From Podarcis filfolensis (lineage: Eukaryota): a stretch of DNA of 64,000 nt. The position numbers and the translations under genes are program-made. The stretch is from assembly GCA_964270895.1 (NCBI GenBank), contig OZ185441.1; one strand, 5' to 3'. Below are positions 54,215 to 64,000 of this stretch, piece by piece. The first letter of the stretch is position 1. Every line of letters starts with the position of its first letter. The notes under the pieces were generated by a model. That model saw only the letters and a program-made list of their open reading frames with translations. It did no database searches and had not been told where the DNA came from.

Positions 54215-54585
54215 AGGTAAAGGTAAAGGACCCCTCACAGTTAAGTCCATTCGCAGACGACTCTGGGGTTGCGGTGCTCATCTCGCTTTACAGGCCGAGG
54301 GAGCTGGCGTTTGTCCGCAGACAGTTTTTCTGGGTCATGTGGCCAGCACGACTAAGCCGCTTCTGGCGAAACCAGAGCAGCGCATGGAAATGCCGTTTAC
54401 CTTCCTGCCGGAGCGGTACCTATTTATCTACTTACACTTTGGGGCGTGCTTTCGAACTGCTAGGTTGGCAGGAGCTGGGACCGAGCAACAGGAGCTCACC
54501 CCGTTGTAAGGATTTGAACCGCCGACCTTCTGATCGGCAAGCCCAAGAGGCTCGTGGTTTTAGACCACAGTGCCACCTGCATCCA
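54215..54585 (-). mobile_element. Full-length Sauria-type SINE with Pol III A/B boxes; 13-bp TSD TAATTGGTGGTAA
   Basis: TSD at 54202-54214 and 54586-54598; A box TGGCACTGTGG (54575-54565), B box GTTCAAATC (54519-54511), ACCTTT tail. Confidence 0.9.
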
Positions 54586-54731
54586 TAATTGGTGGTAATT
54601 CTTTTAACCTAACAAGGCCAGGCTAAATTGGAGTTTTCTTGAGAGCACAGTGCTTTGAACTTGGATTACAAGTTCCTATTCTCCAGTGAAAAGTCCTTTT
54701 GTGACATAGAAATTACATTTGTTATCTTTGA

Positions 54732-54938
<207 letters not shown>

Positions 54939-55978
54939 TAAATTTCTGGTGCTAGCTGGCAAAGTGAAAAGTACATTTAAGCTGGCATTTGCTAGGAACC
55001 GGAGATATACTAATTTCTTGAATTTATTACTGCAGCTTATATTGCACATTATTTAGTCCCAAGATTGTGCCAGGTGCTGTACAGAACATAAATAACAAGA
55101 AGCTCTTGGAACAGATTAGTGGAAGAGGGTTTTCAGGAGATTTGGTGGAGGAAATGTAGATGGCTTGATGAACAGGGCAAAGCTGTCTCTTGGACAAAGG
55201 GAATAACGTAGTGTTGGCAGAAGGGGAGGGGGTTAAAAAATGGAAGACTTCACTGATGGGGACCACACAGTCACTGGGTGGGGAGAACCACAGCCAGTGA
55301 TGCAGCATAAGTAATCGTAGGAATAGTTGTTATAAAAGGAAATGCAGAACACCTAGCATCATCAAAACAAAGGAGAACGTGCTGAGAAATACCACATATA
55401 TTGTGTGTAGACTGGTTGGAGGACTGAAACCTGCGGAAAGTGGAAGATGAAGAAGGGTTGCTGAAAAGCAACTGGAGTTGTGTGGGGCCAGGAGAGGAAA
55501 ATGCCTTAAAAGCAAAGGCAGCTGGAAGGACAGATTGTTGATGCCAAAAGTGCTAGGTCAAGGAGAACGAAGCATTTGGATTCTTAGCATAAGCTTTGAA
55601 AAGAACAATTTCAGTGCTCTGAAACATAAAGTGGATCAAAGAGCCAAATGTCAAAAAGTGCAGGCAAAAAGGATAGATTCTATATCTGAGGTTACTAAAT
55701 GAAGGCCGATGGGAAAACTCAGTCATTGTTTTCTACAATTTATGCAGATTATATATATTATATATTCTCAGTAGAGATTTAAAGGTCAGCAGAGTAGATA
55801 AATATATTTCAGAAGCATTTTAATGTACATGTTCAGAATCTGCGGCTCAAGAATCAAAAACTACTTTTCTGAAATATTTTTAAATGCACACATGCCACTC
55901 TGAAGGGTGAGTGAGATTGCAATGAAACGGATTTTGATAGGATGTTCTTTATGAATAGTCTGTTTTCCTGACTTTTAG

Positions 55979-56002
55979 GGTATTTCACAGACAAAAAAGA
56001 AG
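55979..56002 (+). CDS. CSPP1: CSPP1 24-nt microexon (GISQTKKK)
   Basis: ctgacttttag|GGT, AAG|gtaggg, phase 0/0; matches human GITQGKRK as recalled. Confidence 0.82.
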
Positions 56003-57311
56003 GTAGGGTGCTTGCATCATGCTACTCTTCAAATTAATATAACATTGTGCTTGGTTGTAAATTGCTAATGAAAAGTTTTGGGGGTGAAAATCAGTCTTTG
56101 TGCTTTGCTGTGCTCTGTGAGCTGCCTCATCACAAGATATTTATGCATAATTTCTATTAATGTCATCTTTCCACATTGTCTTTTCCTTTGATTTCACTGC
56201 TCAATTGATAGTCCTCTTCATTAGCTTTAATTTAATGAATGTTTGCTACAGAGCATGCTAATATTGAGGAATCTCTGTACCGTGGAACCATCAGTTTGAG
56301 CTAATTTAAATGATTAATCTTGGAATGCTCTTAAAAAGAGAGCCTTATTATTCAATTATACCTTATTGGAATTCTATCTTGGATTTACCCACCTACGCCA
56401 AAAAAATTCCAATAATATGGAAACATATAATAGTTATTGGCATGTGGACCAGGAACAGGCAAAAAAGAAACTGCAAGCCTCTGTACACTTTCAGGAGAGT
56501 AAATCCCATTTTATACACTGGGACTTATTTCTGATAAAACTTGCATAAGATTGTGCTACATGTTAACTCAACTTGATGGTGTCTCTCGTTATTAACTTCT
56601 CTTTTTAAAGTTAAGATACAAATGGTGTACACAAATACAGCATTTTCTGTTTGGAGCTTCAAATGATGAATTTTTTAAAAATGCAGTAGCATGTTTTATA
56701 TTTCTATTCACCAGATTCCTTGTGTGCACAATAAAATAACCATGATTTATGCTTTTACTATCTAATTTAGATTAAAATGAGTGGTGGAATAATAAAATAC
56801 TGGGTCACAATAAGTACAGATCGTAGGACAGTACTACTCAAGTCAATTTTGGTAGTTTCATGATGATGCATTGGCCCATAGTTAGGTTACTGCTCTCAGT
56901 ATAAGCAAAAAACCCCCTGTTTTTTGCTGAAAGAATTGGGTTGTATAAACTGGCTCTGTGATAGAAATTATTTGAGATTAATTTAAAAGATTGTATCTAA
57001 CAGTGTTGCTCAGTATGCCTTCCATCAGTGGAACAAGGAGGGAAGTAATTTTGGGCAATTTCCCAAGATGTGATTTCAGGGCCTGGGCATGGATGGAATA
57101 ACAGAGGAGAGGTGAATTGGGGGGAGAGGTGGGGAGGTTTCCCTTTTGCTGATGGAAATCTTACTGTAAACTGAATACTGTAAGTGGCACCATCGGATAC
57201 AATGCATAATACATAGTAAGCCTGAACTACTTTAAAATATATATTTATTAAATTATTTGGCATCGTCTATATCAGATCAATGCACATGGTCATTGGTTTT
57301 CTCTTGTGCAG

Positions 57312-57392
57312 AAAAAACACCTTACATCTGGTGAAGTTGACCCATATACTCAGGGACTATCACTTCCTATTGGTGACAGGAGGTCTGCTAAG
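57312..57392 (+). CDS. CSPP1: CSPP1 exon (KKHLTSGEVDPYTQGLSLPIGDRRSAK)
   Basis: cttgtgcag|AAA, AAG|gtaggt, 81 nt. Confidence 0.92.
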
Positions 57393-57686
57393 GTAGGTGC
57401 ACAAAAACTCAGTATATATTGCATGGTGTTTGCAGCTTAATATATAGAATTTCCACACCTGTGAAAACTGAAGCTTTTGTATGATGTACCTTAGCAGGCC
57501 ACCTGCAGAAGGTTTTAGTTAGATGCTGCTGGAGAAAGCACAGCCCTTTACTTGCAGTGCAGTCCCTAACCTGAAAACTGCTGGCTGACTGGAGTTAGGA
57601 AAGTAGTGGAAGTGCCTCACTGTCAGAGGGGCAAGTTCATGATGGAGGCCCCCACTATACCTGAGGACAGCTTTGTGGGTGTAGAG

Positions 57687-57802
57687 CAACCTCGGCCCTC
57701 CAGATGTTTTGAGACTACAATTCCCATCATCCCTGACCACTGGTCCTGCTAGCTAGGGATCATAGGAGTTGTAGGCCAAAAACATCTGGAGGGCCGAGTT
57801 TG
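57687..57802. repeat. Short hairpin MITE-like repeat (about 20-bp inverted arms ctcggccctccagatgtttt)
   Basis: Inverted repeat visible; related partial copies near 33230, 35420, 47435, 51670 and 52300. Confidence 0.75.
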
Positions 57803-59586
57803 AGGAAGCCTGGTGTAGCGCTTCTGCGGCTGATAGTTGTTTGGTTGCGGTAGCCAGAGTTAGGCTCAGAAGCAGGGCATTCACGAGGAAGGGATAAGAT
57901 GGAGGCATTTGTTCTGAGATGCTGCAGGATAGGGCCCTGTCTGTATTTCGGCCTGGAGCCAGCATAACAAATTCTCCTTCATGTTGGAACCAGGGGATGG
58001 CGATGCAGGGGGAGGAGTGGCTTAAAAAAGAAAAGAAGGAACAATTAAAAAAGAAAGAACAAAAATGGGTGGGGAGGAGTAAATGCTTTTTTACCACCAC
58101 CCTGCGTTCCAGGTTGTGGTATGGATGTGTCGCTAGACTAGCTGCCATGCCTTGCCCCCTCCACTGTCCCTGCCCACCCTCCTGGGTGGGTTCTGTACAA
58201 CTGATCAAATCAGTTAGAATGCTGCTTTGATTTCAGTCCAGAAATAAAATCTTTTTTGAGCCTCTGTTGGATTGGAACTTTTTTTTAGAGATGGAACTTG
58301 CGACAAAATGTTGCATTGCGGAGTGCTCTTTTTCAGGACACTCCATTCCATTTCCTCACCCCCCAAACCCTTGTTTTCTGTCTTTCCCTCTCAACACCAT
58401 TCTGTAGCTCCTGAATAAACTCAGTTCTTATTGAGCTATTTTGGGCGTTCTCTCCCTGTTCCTGTTGGCACCTCCCTCTTACTTCTAAGATTGCTGGTTA
58501 TAAGCACCAGCACTCTGAAAATTGAGATAAATATTAGTACATCCGTTGTGCAAAATATTTATCTTCATTTGTATTGTTTCTGTGGATTGTCTTATACCAT
58601 ATCTCATCCACAAAGTCCTCTTGGATACTTGGCCTTTTGACATTTAACAGATGGTGAGAATGCCAGATATTGGGTACTCCTCATAAAAGAAGCTCTAGTT
58701 TATTCTCCTGCTCTAAGGAAGAAACCTCCACATACTGTTTCATATTAACTGGTTAATTTTCACCTTGCAGATTTAGTTACGCATGTCACCCAAACAAATT
58801 GTCTGTATTTCGGAGCTCTCTGTACTATTATTTCTGTAGCATCATCCACATGCATAAAAATTATGAGAGGATAGGTCCCTTCTCCAATAGACTACCAATC
58901 TAGTTAAATGGAAATGATCAAGCTGTAACTTTTTTAGGGAAAACATTCCTCACTCTGGTTCTTAGTCATATTGATTTTATTTCTTTACAGCTAAACAAAG
59001 TAAGGACTATTTAATTTATTACTCTCCGGTATTAATGGCAAATCATGTTCCTTAGTTCTAGTTGGAGGATCACTTGGGATTCAGATGTTTTTGGAAGCTT
59101 TTTTAAAAAACAAACAAACAAACAACCAAACAAACCCTACTTGTTTATTTTCCAATCATAAGATATAAAATCAACAACAGTAAGCTTATTTACAATAAAA
59201 TGTGAGATACAAAATCAAATATTGTTGTACAGTGTGCATTAGCATACCATTGACTGTGTTTTAGTATTTTTATTGATCTCTTGGTACTTTTAAGTTTTTA
59301 AAAAGAAAATGAAGTTTTCGCTTTGCTTAAACTGAAGTCTCATAAGTTTACATGCTAGAAGAGATCAAAGTTTAGCATATTTGAAACAGGAACTAATACA
59401 AAAATAAAAGAGAAACGTTAATGAAAAGCCAAAGTTTCTTTGCAACACCTTCTTTCTAAGCCAGAGTTTCATATGTACTAATAAAACGTTGTAAACAGTA
59501 TAAGAAGCATCATTTTATTATCATCCTGTGTCTGTGGTGTTTAAAACCTTTTGTAGATCCAATACGCTTTCCAATATCTGTTCTAG

Positions 59587-59688
59587 GACAGGTTAAGACT
59601 TGAAAGAAACAAAGAATACAATCAGTATCTCAGGGAAAGAGAAGACTGGAATGAAAGGTTAAGAAGAGTAGGGAAGAAGCACGCAGAG
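59587..59688 (+). CDS. CSPP1: CSPP1 exon (DRLRLERNKEYNQYLREREDWNERLRRVGKKHAE)
   Basis: ctgttctag|GAC, GAG|gtaaac, 102 nt. Confidence 0.92.
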
Positions 59689-60214
59689 GTAAACCACAGA
59701 CAGAGATTCTCGACTCTTTCACTGTTCACAAACCCATTATTTAGACTTTAAATTTAGAATTATTCTGGGCATGGCACGGTATGGGCAGGCTGATATTTAT
59801 AGCTTGTTGAAATATAAAATTAATCCTGATTTTACTCTTAAGATTTTATTTGGAAGATGCTGCATGTGTCACATCCCTTAACACTGCCCTTGTTATCTTC
59901 TTTCCCTTTTTTAGTTCTATGAAAATGGGGGGGAGGGTGGATAAAAATACCCAGTTGCAGTGAAGATGTGGCCCATGCCATCCTGCTTTCTTTGCATTTA
60001 TGTATTTATTTTAGTCAGTTAAAATACAACATTGATTCTGATATTCACTACAGTACGCACTGCAATATTGCCATTTAATAAGTGGTAGTAACATTATGCA
60101 GCCTAATTTAAAGCCTGCTTTTCTGGGTTGGCATTGAAACGGCTTATTAAAATTGCAATGATTAACGGCTTCCTTTGTGTTTAGCTTTAAAAATGTTTGT
60201 CTTTGTGTTAACAG

Positions 60215-60627
60215 CATGACACAGACACAAACAAAAAAGGCATTGCTGTCACCAGATCCCAGCCAGCATTACATACCACAGCATTACAGCCACCAATAAG
60301 AGATGAAGAATTCTTCAAGAAAGATGCTTGCACTTCTACAGATACCTTTGAAGAGCTGTCAGAAAAGAGACAATCAGTAGATCAACACCACAAACCAAAG
60401 AATGACGTTGGACATGGGGACACCCTGTTACACAAACAACTTGATGAAGTATTGAACATTTCCAACAGAAAGCACCAAAGACTGGATAGCAGACCTGAGA
60501 CCTTTTCTAGAAGGCATCACAGGTTTGATGAAGGTCATGATCCTGAAATAGATGATGAAATGGACCCTAGATTTCGATATGAAAGCGACTATGACAAAAA
60601 GCCACTGAGGGTCTTTCATGCTCAAAG
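60215..60627 (+). CDS. CSPP1: CSPP1 large exon (HDTDTNKKG...EMDPRFRYESDYDKKPLRVFHAQ-R)
   Basis: gtgttaacag|CAT, AG|gtaact, 413 nt open reading, C-terminal part resembles human EMDERFRYESDFDRRL. Confidence 0.88.
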
Positions 60628-61612
60628 GTAACTTTAACTTCCTGGCACTTTGGGCCAAACTAGACATGACACCTTTCTGTCACTCTGTGGTTTTTATAAG
60701 AACTAATAGCCAATATGAGGGTGTCCTATTTTTGTTGGGATTGTACTGAAGAGAAAAAGAATGGTGTGGCCCTTCTGAAAATCTCCCCGTAACCCATTAC
60801 CAGACTTGAAAGAACAGTTCCTGTTTGTGCTCATTCATAGCAACTCCTCAGTCTGCTATTAATACCCTTAAGAACACCTGACTGCTGATGATGCATTTAG
60901 CATCACCTCTCCTTTATTGTGCAAAACAGGTGCACACTGTTTGGCAAATTACAGAAATAGAGCCGTCTCCCTTTTCTGTCTCTATCCATATGTTAATTGA
61001 GTGAAACAAACCACCTCCAGCCCAGAAGAAGGATGTTTGTAAACTTCATTTTTTAAGCTAAGGCTGGCACTAGAATATGGTGTGGTAATAACGTTACTTC
61101 AGTTCAGTTCAACTACTGCATGTGATTGTGCATTTAGAGTAGAGCCTTATGTTCTACCATACTAAGTCTGCATTTCTATCCTGGGTGCAGCTGTACAGCA
61201 GTTTTGAAAGGGAGGGGAGAATATAAATATGCAATGGACATCAATCCTAGAATCCACACATGTCTGTGACTTCATCTCACTCTGATTCTTGGCCATTTTC
61301 CTATAAGCTCTGACAACTGTACTACCTCTGTGGGTTACGTAGTCAGAGTGACATAAATTTCAGTTAGGAGAAATGTGTTGTTTTTTAAAAACAGTTCACA
61401 ATTACTTTCTGAGAAGGCAGGATTTTTGTTATCTGGATGTCCAGAGCTTTAGCATAGATGAGGGCCCCAAATTCCTACCACCTTGCAGCAAACACCTGTG
61501 AGAAACCTCTGTTTCTGGCAATTACCGACACCTCAACTTCATCAGTTTTCCATCTTTTCTAAAATGGTCAGTTTCATTGGGCTAAAAAGAGCGATTTCTT
61601 CTCTTTGATCAG

Positions 61613-61648
61613 AAGCAAAATTGCCAAAAGATATCACAGTTTGAAAAG
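61613..61648 (+). CDS. CSPP1: Candidate 36-nt symmetric CSPP1 microexon (R-SKIAKRYHSLK-R)
   Basis: atttcttctctttgatcag| acceptor, AAG|gtaaaa donor, phase 2/2, stop-free in frame; no homology support available. Confidence 0.45.
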
Positions 61649-61761
61649 GTAAAAATACATAGGTGTTATGCAGTGGCTATCGTATAAGAGATTTTACCTA
61701 AATCCATGATTCAGCTTAGCAGTTACAAGCACATGACTTTAATGTGCATTCCTTTTTGATA

Positions 61762-62020
61762 TAGTAATACCTCCGTGAACGTCCGCCTTGTCTAGCGTCC
61801 ATTCCGGTGAACCTCCGCAGCAAACCCGGAAGTACTGGAATGAGTTACTTCTGGGTTTGCTACTCACGCATGCGCAGAAGCACTAAATTGTGCTTCGCAC
61901 ATGTGCAGAAGTGCAAACCGCTCCGCGCATGTGTGCAGACTCGGCCCTTTGCCATGCATCCTTTTCAGCTAGCGGTCAGGGCTCTGGAACAGATCCCAGT
62001 CGCAAAACGAGGTACGACTG
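61762..62020. mobile_element. Tigger/pogo-like MITE, TA TSD
   Basis: ta|tagtaatacctc ... gaggtacgactg|ta. Confidence 0.7.
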
Positions 62021-62266
62021 TATTTTCTCCTTATGGTCGGGTAATGTGCCCTGGGAATCACATTAGAAACCTTTGCAGTTGCTTATTTTGACCTATCTGC
62101 AATCCTTAGGGATGCAAACTTAAATTAAGGTTTGGATTCTTTCGATAACCAATGAGTTGCTAGGGGCAACTTGCCTTGCCCTGAACTAGAGTTTTTTGAC
62201 AGGAGGATTGCATACTAAATGTAGTTTGTTTTGATTGGCCTATTATCTACTTCTTTCTCATGTCAG

Positions 62267-62337
62267 AAGCCAAGGCACTAATGAGCAAGCACAAGCTGCT
62301 GCTGGCAGTGTCCCATATGCAACAGGACTAATCATTG
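62267..62337 (+). CDS. CSPP1: CSPP1 exon (R-SQGTNEQAQAAAGSVPYATGLII-G)
   Basis: ttctcatgtcag|A, G|gtatgt, 71 nt, phases 2/1 fit neighbouring exons. Confidence 0.8.
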
Positions 62338-62369
62338 GTATGTATGTATGTATGTATGTATGTATGTAT
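62338..62369 (+). repeat. (GTAT)8 microsatellite starting at a splice donor
   Basis: Read directly from the sequence. Confidence 0.95.
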
Positions 62370-62629
62370 AATCTACCTACCGGGAGAAGTTGTGTTGTGA
62401 TAACTGCCATAATATGTTATACCTTTTATTGGGATTTTAGGTAAAGTAACTTATAAAGGTTAGAGATTGTAAAAATCCCAGAGTACAAAGTTAGAAGAAA
62501 TGTTTCACCCTCCTGTTCCTGTCCTGAAAACATTTTAATACAAAGCTGAAGAAAAATGGCCGTGTTCTAGCACTTTAATAAATTGCTGTTTCTGAAATGG
62601 AGCACCAACAAAATAATTAAATAACAAAT

Positions 62630-62880
62630 AATAAATAAATATTAATAACTAATAATAATTTATTATTTATAACCCACTCATCTGGCTCATTTCCCCAGCC
62701 ACTCTGGGTGGCTCCCAACAGAATATTAAAAACACGATTAAACATCAAGCAGTAAAAACTTCCCTAAACAGGGCTGCCTTCAGATGTCTTCTAAACTTCA
62801 GATAGTTGTTTATTTCCTTGACATCTGATGGGAGGGCGTTCCACAGGACAGGCGCCACTACCGAGAAGGCCTTCTGCCTG
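62630..62880 (-). mobile_element. L2-clade LINE 3' end with (TAA)n tail
   Basis: taataataatttattatttata..ccccagccactctgggtggctcccaac..gggagggcgttccacag..gagaaggcc. Confidence 0.7.
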
Positions 62881-63427
62881 GAATTACAGTTCAAGGGCTA
62901 AGCCATGTGGGGGATTTGCAATTGGATCTCTTACGTTTTGTTTTCTCTCAAGCTTAAGTGCCTCCCGGTGAAGGCATGACTACATTCTTTTGTAGTTGCT
63001 TCACTCTGACAATTGTTCACCTGCTTCTCCAACTTTGACACTAATATGAAAATGGTTTGAGCTGCCACATCTACTGAGAAATAAATACTATTAAATTCAA
63101 TGTGATTAGGATTTTAGCCTTGGTTGCAAACTATAGAATGCAAAATATTCTTCGGCACAATGATGTTCAGTGGGATTTGTGCTTATTCATCTGGATTGTG
63201 CCTAAGGCAGGAAGAGATCTATAGTTCATTTTTGTTGTCAAAGTAGGAGAACAGGGGAAAGAGGTTTGGAAAATGCATTTCCTTGGAAGTAGTGATTTTA
63301 GGAGTAGTGGAATTGCTGCAGGTGATAGAGTTCTGCTGTGTTTATGGCACAATTTTAGCAGAATCTATGTATCTATGATACTAGAAGAGCAACTTGTACA
63401 TATTTTAGCTTCTATCTTCATTTTTAG

Positions 63428-63521
63428 GTGGTCAAGACAGAGAGCTTATCCAGAGAAGAAAAGAGCAATATAGGCGAGAACTGATGGAACAAATTGCAGA
63501 GCAACAAAGAAATAAGAGACG
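63428..63521 (+). CDS. CSPP1: CSPP1 exon ([32 protein letters not shown])
   Basis: catttttag|GT, CG|gtaacc, 94 nt. Confidence 0.93.
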
Positions 63522-63827
63522 GTAACCAGAAGCTACTGAACTAACAATAATTCAAATTGATGAGTGATAAGTATTGAAAACTTTGTGAGAAATATGAAGG
63601 GAAAATCTTTTTATTACTAACAGCTTGGGACAATGTATTGATATTTAAATCTTAAAAGTTTCATTTTTCCTCCCAAATTGCTTTCTTATCTCTTGAAAGC
63701 ATGTCCTATTGCATCTTCAGAATGGTAATTAATGCAAGGATAAGGAAACAGGGATGATTTTTGTCTGGTCATTTCTGCTTATGTCATTTCTACTTTGTAT
63801 AGAAGCTTAAGGTACCTCTTAGTTGTA

Positions 63828-64000
63828 CAGTGGTATCTCGGGTTAAGAACTTAATTCGTTCCGGAGGTCCATTCTTAACCTGAAACTGTTTTTAACCTGA
63901 GGTACCACTTTAGCTAATGGGGCCTCCCGCTGCCACTGCGCTGCCGCCGCACAATTTCTGTTCTCATCCTGAAGCAAAGTTCTTAACCCGAGGTACTATT
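63828..64000. mobile_element. Tigger/pogo-like MITE, right end cut by window edge
   Basis: ta|cagtggtatctcgggttaagaac ... gttcttaacccgaggtact; same family as the 19924 element. Confidence 0.85.

Noticed and set aside
54205-54588. 127-aa ORF
   Set aside because: Lies entirely within the antisense strand of a SINE

Overview
Eukaryotic (vertebrate) genomic DNA, not prokaryotic. The repeat content (Sauria-type SINEs, L2/CR1 LINE relics, Tc1/mariner MITEs, Penelope-like termini) points to a squamate, probably a lacertid lizard (inference). Three spliced genes can be assembled exon by exon with GT-AG boundaries and consistent phases, in the order known from human 8q13. PPP1R42/LRRC67 (minus strand) has 7 coding exons, 19053->7178, 334 aa. 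COPS5/CSN5 (minus) has 8 coding exons, 40498->30995, 337 aa, with an intact JAMM motif. The 5' part of CSPP1 (plus) has 9 coding exons, 47152->63521, and continues beyond the window; it lies head-to-head with COPS5. There are three CpG islands and one 190-N assembly gap. The most unusual structure is a pair of very young, TSD-flanked fold-back insertions derived from a Penelope-like terminal repeat. One (52761-52979, CSPP1 intron) carries an intact minimal type I hammerhead ribozyme on the CSPP1 sense strand. The other (41220-41416, between the divergent COPS5 and CSPP1 promoters) lacks exactly the 20 nt holding the catalytic core and is a 130-bp perfect spacer-less palindrome. All calls were made by eye, without database searches; comparisons with human proteins are from memory.
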